Shown piece by piece: positions 9,554 to 21,273 of a stretch of 64,000 nt of DNA; position 1 is the stretch's first letter, and every line of letters starts with the position of its first letter. Both the position numbers and the translations under genes were made by a program. Under the pieces are notes generated by a model that worked only from the letters and a program-made list of their open reading frames with translations, searched no databases and was not told the origin of the DNA. The stretch comes from Candidatus Gottesmanbacteria bacterium (GTDB lineage: Bacteria; Patescibacteriota; Microgenomatia; UBA10105; UBA927), in assembly GCA_023245355.1 (NCBI GenBank), contig JAHFKN010000005.1, forward strand, positions 33,290-97,289, given 5' to 3'.

Positions 9554-11239
9554 TTGCCGGAGCAAACCCCGTACGCTTATATGTACGAAACATTACACTG
9601 TATGATTATCCTTATTCTGTTCGCGTTCTTCGGAGGGATCATCACTATTCTTTCCCCGTGCATACTCCCGGTGCTTCCGATTGTATTATCCGGAACCGTG
9701 ACCGGCGGCAAAAAACGGCCGCTCGGGGTGATTACCGGATTTATCATCAGCTTTTCGTTCTTTACATTGTTTTTAACGTCTATTGTCCGCGCGACAGGGC
9801 TTTCGGCTGATGTACTCCGATTCGTCGCCGCGTTCGTGATCGGATTTTCCGGATTAAGCCTTCTTATCCCCGCGCTCCGAACTATAACGGAAACCCTGCT
9901 GTCCAACGTCAGCCGGCTCGCTCCCAAACAAAACACCGGGGAAGGATATCTGTCGGGAATAGTAATCGGCATGAGTCTCGGACTTTTGTGGACACCGTGC
10001 GTCGGACCGATTTTAGCCTCAATTATCACGCTTGCGGCAACCAGCAGCGTCGGATTATCCGCCATCATCGTCACACTTTCGTATGCATTCGGCACAGCTA
10101 TCCCGCTTTTTGCCGTCATGACAGGAGGAAGAGTACTCCTCAACAGACACCCGTGGCTTACAACTCACACGGGTGCACTGCAAAAAGGATTCGGCGTACT
10201 TATGCTCCTTACGGCCATAGCCATCTACAATTCATGGGACAGGAACGTTCAGACCTATATTCTGCAAACGTTCCCTAAATACGGCGCGGGACTTACCAAA
10301 CTCGAAGACAACGCGCTTGTCCGCACACAATTACAAACGTTCAATAAAGGAGGGGCCATGATACCAAATATACTCAATTCAGATTACGGCAACGCACCGG
10401 ATTTTATCGCGGGCGGCCAATGGTTTAACAGTGAGCCGCTTACAATTGACGCGTTACGCGGCAAAGTTGTATTAGTCGATTTCTGGACATATACCTGTAT
10501 CAACTGCATCAGAACACTCCCGTATATCAAAGCATGGCACGAAAAATACAAAGACCGGGGTCTCGTAATCGTCGGCGTCCACACACCGGAGTTTGAATTT
10601 GAAAAAAATCCTATCAACGTCAAAAAGGCGCTCGGGGATTTCGGCATCACGTACCCGGTCGTACAGGACAATGACTATGCCACATGGCAGGCCTATGCCA
10701 ACCATTACTGGCCGGCCAAATATCTGGTCGATAAAAACGGAAGGATACGCTATACCCATTTCGGCGAGGGTGAGTATGACCAAACGGAAACGATGATCCA
10801 AACATTACTTTCGGAAACAGGTGCTGCCGTAAACATTCCGATCGTTAATCCAGCCTATCAGGTACAGACACGGACGCCGGAAACATACTTAGGGAAGGCG
10901 CGCGGAGATTACTCCCGCATCACTACGTCGGGCAAACTATCCCAATCAGAAGAATTTACCAATCCCTTACAGGGGGCCAGTCTCACGTACCGCTTTGACG
11001 CAACAGAGGTATTTCTCGTCATGCGGCCCAAAACACCCGGTACTGTGGCAAAAATAAAGGTCACGCTGGACGGAAAAGACGCGGGTGAATTCGCAGGAAG
11101 TGATGTGATAAACGGAGTGGTAACGATTGACGGCGACCGGCTTTACAAACTCATCAAACTCCCGGCAATCGGCACCCACATACTGAAACTGGAATTCCTG
11201 GACGGGAATGCGGAGCTTTACGCGTTTACATTCGGCTGA
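9554..11239 (+). CDS. DipZ-like thiol:disulfide interchange protein: CcdA/DsbD transmembrane domain fused to a TlpA/ResA-like thioredoxin domain and a C-terminal beta-rich domain
   Basis: N-terminal multi-TM region with LSPCILPVLP and second Cys (WTPCVGP), typical of CcdA. Central thioredoxin fold with WTYTCINC active site (CxxC). Architecture as in mycobacterial DipZ. Likely true start at MIILILF (9602). Confidence 0.75.
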   Translation: MPEQTPYAYMYETLHCMIILILFAFFGGIITILSPCILPVLPIVLSGTVTGGKKRPLGVITGFIISFSFFTLFLTSIVRATGLSADVLRFVAAFVIGFSGLSLLIPALRTITETLLSNVSRLAPKQNTGEGYLSGIVIGMSLGLLWTPCVGPILASIITLAATSSVGLSAIIVTLSYAFGTAIPLFAVMTGGRVLLNRHPWLTTHTGALQKGFGVLMLLTAIAIYNSWDRNVQTYILQTFPKYGAGLTKLEDNALVRTQLQTFNKGGAMIPNILNSDYGNAPDFIAGGQWFNSEPLTIDALRGKVVLVDFWTYTCINCIRTLPYIKAWHEKYKDRGLVIVGVHTPEFEFEKNPINVKKALGDFGITYPVVQDNDYATWQAYANHYWPAKYLVDKNGRIRYTHFGEGEYDQTETMIQTLLSETGAAVNIPIVNPAYQVQTRTPETYLGKARGDYSRITTSGKLSQSEEFTNPLQGASLTYRFDATEVFLVMRPKTPGTVAKIKVTLDGKDAGEFAGSDVINGVVTIDGDRLYKLIKLPAIGTHILKLEFLDGNAELYAFTFG

Positions 11240-11240
11240 T

Positions 11241-11534
11241 TTATAATCCGATGACAAGCGGTTTGGACCACTGACAGGCGTTCCTGATGCAGGAACATTG
11301 TTTGCCCATAAGTTTTTGCGCGAGCTTGGGATCAGGATAACAGACAGTGGCTCCCCCGCCTGACCCGCAGATTTCTCCGTTGCACCCGCCTCTGCCGCAG
11401 TCAGCCGATACGGCGCATGCCTGATTACTGTTTAGCGATTGTAACTGCGGATCCGGTATCCGCAGCGGGGAAACATACCGCCATCCGAATAACAGCAGGA
11501 ATAATACTGCGACAACTATCACTATCCGTTTCAT
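11241..11534 (-). CDS. Small membrane-anchored 8-Cys protein (hypothetical)
   Basis: About 98 aa from MKRIVIVVAVLFLLLF (N-terminal TM/signal) followed by CAVSADCGRGGCNGEICGSGGGATVCYPDP...CSCIRNAC; long ORF to 11600 would overlap the upstream gene. Confidence 0.45.
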   Translation of the reverse strand: MKRIVIVVAVLFLLLFGWRYVSPLRIPDPQLQSLNSNQACAVSADCGRGGCNGEICGSGGGATVCYPDPKLAQKLMGKQCSCIRNACQWSKPLVIGL

Positions 11535-11551
11535 AACGATGACCGCCCGTC

Positions 11552-11938
11552 TCACGGATTTTCCGGCGGGAAAAAGATCAATTCGGTATAGTCTCTGCAC
11601 CGTTCGTCGTGGTCCGCTTTCAGCACCGCGATATCTTTTTTCTTCTCACGGAAAAACAGCATAAAAGTCGAAACAGCCGGACGGAGCCACGGGAGCAAGC
11701 GCGCCGGTGACCCGTTCTCTGCCTGTGCCAGGCATAAATCCCAGTCCGTTATCACGGTAAATGAATTGGTACACGACCCTTTCCGGTCGGCCAATACCGT
11801 CTGCGACTGGGTAGTAATCGTGTCCAGTGAATCCTGATACAGCTCATTGCAGGCTTTTGCCCGCTGCCGGAATCCCAACGCATAGGAAGAAAAAACAGCA
11901 AAACACAACACAATGACGATAAGAGGAATGAATTTCAA
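11552..11938 (-). CDS. Small secreted protein (hypothetical), 3 Cys
   Basis: 128 aa, N-terminal signal peptide MKFIPLIVIVLCFAVFSSYA; compact packing with neighbours. Confidence 0.45.
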   Translation of the reverse strand: MKFIPLIVIVLCFAVFSSYALGFRQRAKACNELYQDSLDTITTQSQTVLADRKGSCTNSFTVITDWDLCLAQAENGSPARLLPWLRPAVSTFMLFFREKKKDIAVLKADHDERCRDYTELIFFPPENP

Positions 11939-11949
11939 GTCTATGTATA

Positions 11950-12552
11950 TTATCCGTCTTTAAAATTCCACAATGCAAGCGCAACAAAGGTGCGGTACGG
12001 TTTCCACCTGCCGGACAACCGTTCCAGTTGCCGCACCGTCGGCTCGCGTTTCATGCGGTAGAGCATCTGGATTGCGCGCCGTAACCCCAAATCGCCGTAG
12101 GAAAACACGTCTTCCCTCCCCAACGAAAACATCAGAAACATTTCCGCGGTCCACCGGCCGATTCCTTTGACTGCGGTAAGACTCATGATAACCTCCTCAT
12201 CCGTCTTCGGGGAAAGCGAATTGAGCACAAGCGTTTTGTCTGACACGGCACCGGCCAATGCTTTCAGATATCCGGCTTTGGCTCCTGATATACCGGCACT
12301 GCGCAGTTCCTGATCGGGCTTAAGGAGAAGCAATCCCGGCGTCACGCGCTTATTCGGAAAAAGAGCGCGGAACCGGAGGAAAATTGTTCTGCCGGCTTTT
12401 TCTGATAGCTGCTGATTGATAATTGCCTCGGCCAAATCCAAGAACGGATTCTTGGAAACGGAAAGCTTCCTCGTTCCGATATGGGAAATGATCGGAGCAA
12501 GTACCGGGTCTGACGCAAGTAATTGCTGCCGGATACGGGAAAAATTGTTCAT
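11950..12552 (-). CDS. HhH-GPD base-excision DNA glycosylase (AlkA / DNA-3-methyladenine glycosylase II-like)
   Basis: Helix-hairpin-helix plus Gly/Pro loop and catalytic Asp region (VKGIGRWTAEMFLMF...GDLGLRRA); alternative longer start at 12603 overlaps the upstream ORF. Confidence 0.75.
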   Translation of the reverse strand: MNNFSRIRQQLLASDPVLAPIISHIGTRKLSVSKNPFLDLAEAIINQQLSEKAGRTIFLRFRALFPNKRVTPGLLLLKPDQELRSAGISGAKAGYLKALAGAVSDKTLVLNSLSPKTDEEVIMSLTAVKGIGRWTAEMFLMFSLGREDVFSYGDLGLRRAIQMLYRMKREPTVRQLERLSGRWKPYRTFVALALWNFKDG

Positions 12553-12556
12553 ATGA

Positions 12557-13033
12557 TCAGTCGGCCGGATAATACTGTTCCAGTGTTCCGTGTGCGGGAA
12601 CAAACCCGAACTGCAATCTGCGGTTTACCATAATCTGATGATGCGGAGGGATGACAACGGCTGCTGCTATCCGGTCGTACACCATGCGCACGTAGTCTGC
12701 CATATGCCGGTCGCTGCCCTCCGGGAACCAAAATTCGGCAGAGCGCAGCATATCGCGGTCGATTTTGAGTACCCCCATGGCCCACGCGCGCCGGTACGAC
12801 GGAGCTGCTGCTGCCATAAGCTTCGGAAACTCTTCATCGTTGCGGCATTCGGCAAATACCGGCGGCGTCCGTCTGTCGGGGCGAAGCGGTATCCCGACCC
12901 GGATCCGCTGATCGATTCGCAGCATCCGTACATCAAGCGGGCTTTCTAATTCACGGGAAACAAATCGCTGTACGGGGTCAGTGTCACCCCAAATCGTGGG
13001 AACGTAATCTATGGTAAGCAGTTCGACCGGCAT
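12557..13033 (-). CDS. Hypothetical protein (158 aa)
   Basis: ORF packed tightly between rpsG and the glycosylase gene on the same strand; no family recognised. Confidence 0.45.
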   Translation of the reverse strand: MPVELLTIDYVPTIWGDTDPVQRFVSRELESPLDVRMLRIDQRIRVGIPLRPDRRTPPVFAECRNDEEFPKLMAAAAPSYRRAWAMGVLKIDRDMLRSAEFWFPEGSDRHMADYVRMVYDRIAAAVVIPPHHQIMVNRRLQFGFVPAHGTLEQYYPAD

Positions 13034-13055
13034 GAATTACCTAAGGTAATGCAAT

Positions 13056-13529
13056 TTACCACTTGAAGTGAGCAAACGCCTTGTTTGCATCTGCCATACG
13101 GTGCACGGTGTCACGCTTTTTGATCGCTTCGCCCGTTCCTTTGGACGCATCCAGAAGTTCAACGGCAAGCTTTTCGGCAAACGAATGGAATTCGCGGTTG
13201 GAACGTTTCTTGGCAAATTCCACAATCCAGCGGATAGCAAGTGCCACTCTTCTGTCTCCGCGGACTTCCATAGGAACCTGGTAACTTGCTCCTCCGACCC
13301 GGCGGGCTTTGACTTCTGTTTTGGGGCCAACCGTGTTTATTGCGGTTTCGAATACTTTGATCGGATCCTCGCCCTTTTCCTTGATGATATCGAGCGCTTT
13401 GTATACGAGTGCCTCTGCAACCGTTTTTTTGCCGCTCAACATGACGCGGTTTATAAATCTCGACACTAACCTGCTGCCGTAGACCGGATCTGCAGGAAGT
13501 AATTTATGATATGTTTTGCTTGTTCTCAT
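13056..13529 (-). CDS. rpsG: 30S ribosomal protein S7
   Basis: 157 aa; S7 family (…[13 protein letters not shown]…[14 protein letters not shown]). Confidence 0.95.
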   Translation of the reverse strand: MRTSKTYHKLLPADPVYGSRLVSRFINRVMLSGKKTVAEALVYKALDIIKEKGEDPIKVFETAINTVGPKTEVKARRVGGASYQVPMEVRGDRRVALAIRWIVEFAKKRSNREFHSFAEKLAVELLDASKGTGEAIKKRDTVHRMADANKAFAHFKW

Positions 13530-13543
13530 AAGAATGCTTCGTA

Positions 13544-13981
13544 TTATGATGCTTTGGCGGGAACCGGCCCGTCATTTGTTTTTTTGGTTCCGTATCGGCT
13601 GCGTCCCTGGCGGCGTGTTACAACGCCTGTCGTATCAAACTTTCCGCGGACGATATGGTATTTGACTCCTGGTAAATCAGGAACACGGCCTCCGCGGATC
13701 AAAACGATTGCGTGTTCCGTCAGCTCATGTCCGATACCCGGGATATACGCCGTCACTTCCTGTTTGTTGGAAAGTCTCACTCTGGCCACTTTACGAAGTG
13801 CTGAGTTCGGCTTCTTCGGTGTCATGGTTTTGACGAGTGTTACCACTCCGCGTTTAAACGGAGCCGGCAACGTCTTGGTGATACCGTCTTTCGCATTAAA
13901 AAATTTGCGCAACGCGGTAGCCTTGATCTTTTTGGCTTTGCGATGTCTTCCGTGTCTGACTAATTGATTTACTGTCGGCAT
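13544..13981 (-). CDS. rpsL: 30S ribosomal protein S12
   Basis: 145 aa; [12 protein letters not shown]...[18 protein letters not shown] canonical S12. Confidence 0.97.
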   Translation of the reverse strand: MPTVNQLVRHGRHRKAKKIKATALRKFFNAKDGITKTLPAPFKRGVVTLVKTMTPKKPNSALRKVARVRLSNKQEVTAYIPGIGHELTEHAIVLIRGGRVPDLPGVKYHIVRGKFDTTGVVTRRQGRSRYGTKKTNDGPVPAKAS

Positions 13982-13987
13982 ACTATA

Positions 13988-16900
13988 TTACTCCCGTATC
14001 ATTGCCCGTTCTGCTGAAACAGGAATGAGTCGTCCGATTATAACGTTTTCTTTGAGTCCTAACAACTTGTCTTCTTTGGTCGCAAGCGCTGCATCGGTCA
14101 ACACGTTGGTTGTTTCCTGGAAACTTGCGGCTGACAACCAGCTCTCCGTATAGAGTGCGGCGCGGGTAATACCCAGTACGACGATGTGTGCAGTCGCCGG
14201 TTCTCCGCCTTCAGCAAGTACCCGTGCGTTTTCTTCGCGGAACCGGTTTTTGTCAACCAATTCTCCGGGCAACAGCATCGTATCCCCTGACGTATCAATA
14301 CGCACTTTGTCACTCATCTTGCGCACGATTGCCTCAAAATGTTTGTCATGGATGGAAATACCCTGAGACTCGTATACCTTCTGGACTTCCCCGATCAGGT
14401 AATACTGCGCTCCGATAAGCCCCCGTACCTGCAGCACTTCCTTCACATCCAGATATCCGCTGCCGAGCTGGTCGCCTGCGGCGACGAGATCGCCGGTCTT
14501 TACATTGATTTCACTCGTGAGCGGAACAAGATATTCCCGTTCTTCCGGCGGCTTCATGGTGGTATTGGTGATTTTCACCTTATACCCCTGCGGGGTCTCG
14601 GTCACTTCTGCCTTGCCTGCGATTTCAGCAACAGGAGACAGGTTTCTCGGTGTCCGTGCTTCAAATAACTCTTCCACACGCGGCAACCCCTGGGTAACGT
14701 CGAGTCCGACGATACCTCCGGCATGACGCACACGCATGGTCAGCTGTGTACCCGGTTCTCCGATAGACTGTGCGGCCATGACTCCGACCGGTGTTCCGAT
14801 CTCAACCAGTTTGGTGGTCGCGTAGTCACGTCCGTAACAGGTGGCGCAGATACCGATTTTTGCGGCACAGGCAATCGGTGAGCGGACCAGCACTGCTTCT
14901 ACATTGGCTTCATCAACCAGCTTGGCCGTTTCTTCCGTAATTTCTTCTCCCTGTTTCACAAGTACTTTCTTGCTTCCGGGTACCAGAATATCTTCTGCAC
15001 TGAATCTGCCTGCAAGGCGGTTGGCAAACGGAATCTGACGTCCGTCTTTTCTGGACAACACCCAGCCTTCCGTAGTTCCGCAGTCAGCCAGACGGATAAT
15101 GACATCGTGTGCCACATCGACCAACCGGCGGGTCAAATACCCTGCATCGGCGGTCTTGAGTGCCGAATCGGTAAGTCCCTTGCGGGATCCGCGGGTACTT
15201 GTCACGTATTCGAAAATAGAAAGTCCTTCGCGGTAGTTACTCTTGGTCGGAAGTTCCACGATTTTCCCGAGCGGATCGACGACCAATCCTTTGATAGCAC
15301 ACAATTGCTTCAGTTGATCTTTGGAAGCCCGAGCCCCTCCGGAATCGATAATCATCTTCACCGGATTATCTGCCGCCAGCCGTTCCCAGGTAAGATCCGC
15401 GATACGTTCCGTCACTTCGATCCAGACTTCATTGGACAACCGTTTCTTCTCTTCGATGGTGATAAGACCCATCTGGAAATTCTGATCGATTTCTTTGGCT
15501 TTGGTATCGGCACCTTTGATGATTTCGCCCTTTTCCGCAATGGATTTGTTATCAAATACGGACACGGATAATCCGCCGCAGAGTGTGGCTCCGTAAAATC
15601 CGATGTCTTTGATCGCGTCGATAAGATGCGTAACTTCTTCTTTGGTGTACATGCCGAATGCTTTGGTAATAAGCTGCTTGATAGTCGCGGCTTTTACCGG
15701 TGCATTGATGTAGCGGAGCCCTTCCGGCAACACTTCATTGAACATGAGCTTCCCGACGCTTGTCACTGTCATGACACCGTTAATCCGGATTTTGATCGGT
15801 GAACGGAGCGGCACTTTGCCGGTCTGATTGGCGTAGATTGCTTCCGCTTCGTCAGAGAATATCGGAATCAGCTTGTCTTCCATTTTTTCTTTGGACGGAT
15901 CGACGGTGGTGAGATAGTAGCAGCCGATAATCATTTCCTTGTTCGGAACCGTGATCGGAGATCCGTCAGCGGGTTTTAACAAGTTGTGCGTCGGCAACAT
16001 GAGATCGATTGCTTCCTGCTGGGCTGCTCCCGAAAGCGGGATATGGACTGCCATCTGGTCTCCGTCAAAGTCGGCGTTGTATCCGGCACAGACACACGGA
16101 TGAATCCGGATTGCGGCACCCTCAATCAATACCGGGTAAAATGCCTGGAATCCTAACTTGTGCAGGGTAGGTGCACGGTTCAACATGACCGGATGATTCT
16201 TCGTGATTTCTTCCAGTATGTCGTATACTTCGGGGGTTCTGCGTTCCAGTACGTTTTTGGCGTTTTTCACATTAGGAGCAATACCGCGTACGATCAACTC
16301 GCGGAGAACAAACGGCTTGAACATCTCAAGCGCCATTTCTTTCGGAAGTCCGCATTGATTGAGCTTCAACTCCGGTCCTACGACGATGACGGAACGACCC
16401 GAATAATCAACGCGTTTTCCAAGCAGGTTCTGACGGAACCGACCCTGTTTGCCGCGAAGCATGTCGGAAAGACTGCGGAGCGGCTGGATCACCGTTCTGC
16501 TGCTCGGGCGTTGGGTTGCGTCTATCAAACTATCGACTGCTTCCTGCAACATGCGTTTTTCGTTGCGCAGAATGATTTCCGGCGCACCCAAATCCATAAG
16601 GTGCTTCAAACGGTTATTGCGGTTGATGACACGGCGGTACAAATCGTTCAGATCGGATGTGGCAAACCGACCCCCGGTCAGCTGCACCATAGGGCGCAAA
16701 TCCGGAGGAATAACCGGCAGCATATGCATGACCATCCAGGCCGGATTGATCATGGATTTACGCATACCGTCTACCACACGCAGGCGTTTCGTCGCTTTGA
16801 CGTGGCGCTGTCCGCTGGAATTCTGAATCTCTTCACGGAGCTCTGCTGCTAATTTATCCAGATCGATCTTTTTGACGACTTCGAGCATTGCTTCCGCTCC

Positions 16901-17710
16901 CATGCCGACCTTGAGAAACGACGCGGCATCGTAGTCCAGGAGACGTAAATATTCGTCTTCGGTGATCGTCACGCGCGGCTTGATACTTTTGACAATTGCC
17001 GTAATCTGCTCGATAACCTGCTGGATTTTGCCTGATTCCTTCTCGACCTGATCATCGAGTGTTGCAAATTCCTGACGTTCCCGGAGCGTTAACTCGGAAA
17101 TTGCCAAGTCCTGGGCTTCTTTGCCCTGAACGGATGCGATGACGTCGGCTTTTTCTTTGGCGACTTCTTTTTTGCGCTTTTCACGCTCTGTATTCACCCG
17201 GCTCGTCAGATCGGCAATGCGCTTTTCTCCCTGCTGTGCAAGTCCGGTAAGCACTTTTTTCTTCTCATCGTCATCGACTGCGACGACCAGATACTGTGCA
17301 AAGTAGATGACACCTTCAAGCGCGCGCGGAGAAATATCCAGAAGCAATGACAGTTTGCTCGGAGCACCTTTGAAAAACCATACATGAGCCACGGGAGCTG
17401 CCAGCGTGATGTGGCCCATGCGCTCGCGCCGTACTTTACTCTGGGTAACTTCGACACCGCATTTATCACAGACAATTCCGCGGTACCGGATCCTCTTGTA
17501 TTTGCCGCAGTAACATTCCCAGTCCTTGGTAGGTCCGAAAATGCGTTCGTCAAATAATCCGTCTTTTTCCGGTTTGAGGGTGCGGTAGTTGATTGTTTCC
17601 GGTTTGATAACCTCGCCGTATGACCAGGATTTGACCTCGTCAGGAGACGCGAGTTTGATAAGTAACCCGGTAAAATCAACGATATTTGCGAAATTTCCTT
17701 TTTTGTCCAT
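13988..17710 (-). CDS. rpoC: DNA-directed RNA polymerase subunit beta-prime
   Basis: 1240 aa; NADFDGDQM catalytic motif, zinc-binding Cys clusters, bridge helix/trigger loop regions. Confidence 0.97.
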   Translation of the reverse strand: MDKKGNFANIVDFTGLLIKLASPDEVKSWSYGEVIKPETINYRTLKPEKDGLFDERIFGPTKDWECYCGKYKRIRYRGIVCDKCGVEVTQSKVRRERMGHITLAAPVAHVWFFKGAPSKLSLLLDISPRALEGVIYFAQYLVVAVDDDEKKKVLTGLAQQGEKRIADLTSRVNTEREKRKKEVAKEKADVIASVQGKEAQDLAISELTLRERQEFATLDDQVEKESGKIQQVIEQITAIVKSIKPRVTITEDEYLRLLDYDAASFLKVGMGAEAMLEVVKKIDLDKLAAELREEIQNSSGQRHVKATKRLRVVDGMRKSMINPAWMVMHMLPVIPPDLRPMVQLTGGRFATSDLNDLYRRVINRNNRLKHLMDLGAPEIILRNEKRMLQEAVDSLIDATQRPSSRTVIQPLRSLSDMLRGKQGRFRQNLLGKRVDYSGRSVIVVGPELKLNQCGLPKEMALEMFKPFVLRELIVRGIAPNVKNAKNVLERRTPEVYDILEEITKNHPVMLNRAPTLHKLGFQAFYPVLIEGAAIRIHPCVCAGYNADFDGDQMAVHIPLSGAAQQEAIDLMLPTHNLLKPADGSPITVPNKEMIIGCYYLTTVDPSKEKMEDKLIPIFSDEAEAIYANQTGKVPLRSPIKIRINGVMTVTSVGKLMFNEVLPEGLRYINAPVKAATIKQLITKAFGMYTKEEVTHLIDAIKDIGFYGATLCGGLSVSVFDNKSIAEKGEIIKGADTKAKEIDQNFQMGLITIEEKKRLSNEVWIEVTERIADLTWERLAADNPVKMIIDSGGARASKDQLKQLCAIKGLVVDPLGKIVELPTKSNYREGLSIFEYVTSTRGSRKGLTDSALKTADAGYLTRRLVDVAHDVIIRLADCGTTEGWVLSRKDGRQIPFANRLAGRFSAEDILVPGSKKVLVKQGEEITEETAKLVDEANVEAVLVRSPIACAAKIGICATCYGRDYATTKLVEIGTPVGVMAAQSIGEPGTQLTMRVRHAGGIVGLDVTQGLPRVEELFEARTPRNLSPVAEIAGKAEVTETPQGYKVKITNTTMKPPEEREYLVPLTSEINVKTGDLVAAGDQLGSGYLDVKEVLQVRGLIGAQYYLIGEVQKVYESQGISIHDKHFEAIVRKMSDKVRIDTSGDTMLLPGELVDKNRFREENARVLAEGGEPATAHIVVLGITRAALYTESWLSAASFQETTNVLTDAALATKEDKLLGLKENVIIGRLIPVSAERAMIRE

Positions 17711-17711
17711 G

Positions 17712-20700
17712 TTATTCTCCTTCTTTAACCGGCGCTTCCGCAGCTTTTACTTCCGGTTCTTCCTGTACTGTTTCCTGTCCGCTCACTTCCGCAAGTTCCT
17801 TGGCAACTTTTTCCACGACTTCTTCTTTGACCGTGTCGGAAATCACCGGCGGCTTGGCCGTGACGACTCCCGTCGGGATAACATTAAGCCCCAATGCCTG
17901 CAGTTCTTTGACCAATACTTTGAACGATTCCGGAACAGTTGACGCCGGGATATCGGTTCCCTTGACGATGGCTTCGAATGCTTTCGCGCGTCCTACCACG
18001 TCGTCGGATTTGATCGTTAACATTTCCTGCAATATGTGTGCTGCGCGGTGGGATTCGAGTGCCCAGACTTCCATTTCTCCCAACCGTTGTCCTCCCATTT
18101 GCGCTTTTCCGCCGAGCGGCTGTTGCGTCACCAGTGAGTACGGTCCGGTGCTTCTGGCATGTGTCTTGTCTTCTACCATGTGGATAAGCTTTAAGATGTA
18201 GCCGATACCGACCACGATGGGTTCTGCGTACGGTTCGCCTGTTTTTCCGTCATAGAGCGTACTCTTGCCGGAAAGCGGCAGTCCGACTTTTTCCATTTGC
18301 CCGGTCATCCGGTCTTCCGATACGTGTTCAAACACCGGAAGCGCGACTTTGATGTTCAGTTTGGATTCCGCGAGCCCAAGATGTGCTTCCAGTAATTGGC
18401 CCAAATTCATACGGGACAATACGGAAAGCGGCGAGATGATGATGTCGATGACGGTTCCGTCTGCCAAATACGGCATGTCTGCTTCTTTGACGATTTTGGA
18501 GATGACGCCTTTGTTCCCGTGGCGTCCGGCCAATTTGTCTCCGACGACGACTTTACGCATCTGCGCCACTTTTACGATAATCTTGCGGTTGGTTCCCGGT
18601 TCCAGTTCATCGCCTTTTTCTTTGTCCAGAGTCACGACATCGATGACGGTTCCGCGTTCGCCGTGCGGCAGCCGCAGAGACGTATCGCGTACTTCACGGG
18701 CTTTTTCTCCGAATATGGCGCGCAGCAGTCGTTCTTCTGCAGTCAGTTCGGTTTCACCCTTCGGCGCGATTTTTCCTACCAGGATATCATTGGGACCGAC
18801 ATCGGCTCCGACGACGACAACGCCGCTTTCATCTAAGTTCCGGAGTGCTTCCTCGCCGACATTGGGAATATCGCGGGTTGTTTCTTCCGGTCCAAGCTTC
18901 GTGTCTACGACACTGCATTCATGTTCTTCGATGTGGACACTTGTCAGTAAATCTTCGCGTACCAAACGGGAAGAAATCACGATAGCGTCTTCATAGCCCA
19001 ATCCTTCATAACTCATGTAGGCAATCGTCAGGTTGGATCCCAGTGCCAATTCTCCGTTTTCTGAGGCCGGTGCTTCGATTAACACGTCTCCTGCCTGTAC
19101 TTTGTCACCGATATTGACGAGCACTTTCTGGTTGTAGCATGTCGATTGTGATGTCCGCTTGAATTTCTGCGGTTCGTAGGAATTGATATCGCCGTTCTTG
19201 TATTTCACTTTCACGAGCCCTGCGTCTGAGTAAATAACCTCTCCGTCGTCCGTGGCTTTTACCAGTCTGCCCATGGCTTCTACAACAGCCCCTTCCATAC
19301 CTGTTCCCACAACCGGAGACTGCGGGATCAGAAGCGGAACTGCCTGACACTGCATGTGCGTACCCATCAGGGCACGGTTGGCCTCATCGTGTGCCAAAAA
19401 CGGAATAAGAGATGCCGGAGCACCGACGACCTGCCTCGGAACGATATCGATATATTCGATATTGGAAGCATCCGTTTCCATGTAATCGCCCTTGAACCGG
19501 ACCGGGACACGGTCAGCCAGGATAAATCCGTCGCTGTCTTTGGGTAATTCTGCGTGCGTGATGTAGTGCTGCATCTCGTCATTGGCGTCCAGGTAGACGA
19601 TATCGCCCGTTGCCCGGATCTTGGTTTTATCGCCTCGTGTCACTTTTTCTACTTTGCGGTACGGAGATTCCAGGAATCCGTATTCGTTTACCCGGGCGTA
19701 GAGCGCCATATAGGTTACCAAACCGATATTCGGTCCTTCCGGACTTCTGACTGGATCGACGCGGCCGTATTGTGATGCATTGATGTCACGGATAGAGAAG
19801 CTCGCGCGTTCCCGGGAAATTCCGCCGACTCCCATAACCGTCAGACGGCGCAGGTTGTCGATTTCCGCCAGAGGATTTGTCTGATCCAATATCGTGGAAA
19901 GCTGGCTGGTACGGAAAAAGTCATTGATCGATGCGATAATCGGGCGTGCATTCACGAGATGCGTCGGGGTCAGATCTTCCGCATTCGGACCTGCTAAACT
20001 CATTTTCTCACGGATAGACCGTTCAAGCCTGAGTACGCCGACTCTGAATGCATTCGTCGCTACCAATTCTCCTACGCGGCGTACCCGTCGGTTGCCGAGG
20101 TGATCGATATCATCGACGTCGCCTTTGCCGTTTGCCAATGTAATAAGGTATTTGATGCCGCCGACGATATCGTCTTTTGTCAGCACCCAGTTTTCCTTAA
20201 GATTCGGAACGGTAAGACCCAATTTTTTGTTCATCTTGTAGCGGCCGACGCGCTCTAAGGAATACCGGCGGTAGTCAAAGAACATGGTGCGCAGGAGTTC
20301 CTGTGCGTTGTCCAGTACGATCGGCTCTCCCGGGCGGAGCTTGCGGTACAGTTCCAAAACGGCCTCGTTGGAGTCCGTGGTCGTGTCTTTGGCAAGCGTC
20401 GCTTTGATGAACTGATGTTCCGGATTTACGTCGACATCGGCAAACAGGCGCTGAATCTCTTCGTTGGATCCGAATCCGACTGCGCGTAAAAATGTGGACG
20501 CCACAAACTTGCGGCGGCGGTCGATTCTCACCATCAGCACGTCATTTCTCGTTACGAAAAATTCCAGCCAGCTGCCGTGCATCGGGCGGATTTCCGCACT
20601 ATATAATGTGCGCCCCGTCGAAGGATCCACTTCTCCGGTCAGGTAAATACCCGGGGAACGGACCAATTGGTTCACGACGCAGCGCTCGATACCGTTGATG

Positions 20701-21068
20701 ACGAACGTTCCGCGTTCTGTCATGGCGGGTATATCTCCTAAAAATACTTCCTGGGTGAGTTGGTGTCCTGTTTGTTTGTTGGTGAGAGTTGCTTTTACTT
20801 TGAGGGGCATGTCGAAGGTGAGGCCTTTTTGCTGCGCAATTTCCGGGGTAAGCCGCGGTCGTCCGAAATAATAATCCCCGAATGCCAGTTCCCAATTCTT
20901 TCCGGTGAAATCCGTCATCGGCGTCACTTCGGAAAGCAGTTCTTTAATTCCGTGTTCCAAAAACCATTGATATGACTCGCGCTGTACGAGGGTAAGATCC
21001 ATTTTCGGAAGATCCGGATACTCGGTTCCCCAAAAATCGCGCTTGTAATTGGAAGCTTTTGATGCCAT
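17712..21068 (-). CDS. rpoB: DNA-directed RNA polymerase subunit beta
   Basis: 1118 aa; conserved beta-subunit blocks (…[13 protein letters not shown]…); stop 1 nt before the rpoC start. Confidence 0.97.
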   Translation of the reverse strand: MASKASNYKRDFWGTEYPDLPKMDLTLVQRESYQWFLEHGIKELLSEVTPMTDFTGKNWELAFGDYYFGRPRLTPEIAQQKGLTFDMPLKVKATLTNKQTGHQLTQEVFLGDIPAMTERGTFVINGIERCVVNQLVRSPGIYLTGEVDPSTGRTLYSAEIRPMHGSWLEFFVTRNDVLMVRIDRRRKFVASTFLRAVGFGSNEEIQRLFADVDVNPEHQFIKATLAKDTTTDSNEAVLELYRKLRPGEPIVLDNAQELLRTMFFDYRRYSLERVGRYKMNKKLGLTVPNLKENWVLTKDDIVGGIKYLITLANGKGDVDDIDHLGNRRVRRVGELVATNAFRVGVLRLERSIREKMSLAGPNAEDLTPTHLVNARPIIASINDFFRTSQLSTILDQTNPLAEIDNLRRLTVMGVGGISRERASFSIRDINASQYGRVDPVRSPEGPNIGLVTYMALYARVNEYGFLESPYRKVEKVTRGDKTKIRATGDIVYLDANDEMQHYITHAELPKDSDGFILADRVPVRFKGDYMETDASNIEYIDIVPRQVVGAPASLIPFLAHDEANRALMGTHMQCQAVPLLIPQSPVVGTGMEGAVVEAMGRLVKATDDGEVIYSDAGLVKVKYKNGDINSYEPQKFKRTSQSTCYNQKVLVNIGDKVQAGDVLIEAPASENGELALGSNLTIAYMSYEGLGYEDAIVISSRLVREDLLTSVHIEEHECSVVDTKLGPEETTRDIPNVGEEALRNLDESGVVVVGADVGPNDILVGKIAPKGETELTAEERLLRAIFGEKAREVRDTSLRLPHGERGTVIDVVTLDKEKGDELEPGTNRKIIVKVAQMRKVVVGDKLAGRHGNKGVISKIVKEADMPYLADGTVIDIIISPLSVLSRMNLGQLLEAHLGLAESKLNIKVALPVFEHVSEDRMTGQMEKVGLPLSGKSTLYDGKTGEPYAEPIVVGIGYILKLIHMVEDKTHARSTGPYSLVTQQPLGGKAQMGGQRLGEMEVWALESHRAAHILQEMLTIKSDDVVGRAKAFEAIVKGTDIPASTVPESFKVLVKELQALGLNVIPTGVVTAKPPVISDTVKEEVVEKVAKELAEVSGQETVQEEPEVKAAEAPVKEGE

Positions 21069-21115
21069 CTATAATTCCTTATAAAATACCGCCGGTTTGT
21101 ATGTTGTAAAGAACG

Positions 21116-21144
21116 ACAAAAAGAAGCGAACAATGAACGTTCGC
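21116..21144 (-). terminator. Hairpin plus U-tract in the rpoB 5' leader (attenuator-like)
   Basis: Minus strand: GCGAACgttcattGTTCGCttcttttt, located between a consensus promoter and the rpoB start. Confidence 0.4.
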
Positions 21145-21170
21145 CTCCTTAAGGCTATTCAAGTTACATA

Positions 21171-21198
21171 ATTATAACCGCGTTTGGCAGTTTGTCAA
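21171..21198 (-). promoter_or_regulatory. Consensus sigma70-like promoter upstream of rpoB
   Basis: Minus strand: TTGACA-16 nt-TATAAT (cTTGACAaactgccaaacgcggtTATAATtatg), about 120 nt upstream of the rpoB ATG. Confidence 0.55.
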
Positions 21199-21273
21199 GC
21201 AGGCAGTAACGGGCCGCATTGACACAGTGTTCACCGGCACCTCATACTTACTATATATAAAGGAGGGATATCT

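Noticed and set aside
9577-10143. 188-aa minus-strand ORF within the DipZ-like gene
   Set aside because: Fully embedded antisense to a well-supported CDS.
16160-16852. 230-aa plus-strand ORF (and others, e.g. 15107-15571, 18265-18996, 19894-20103) inside rpoC/rpoB
   Set aside because: Antisense to highly conserved RNA polymerase genes; no start context or homology; typical shadow ORFs in GC-rich coding DNA.
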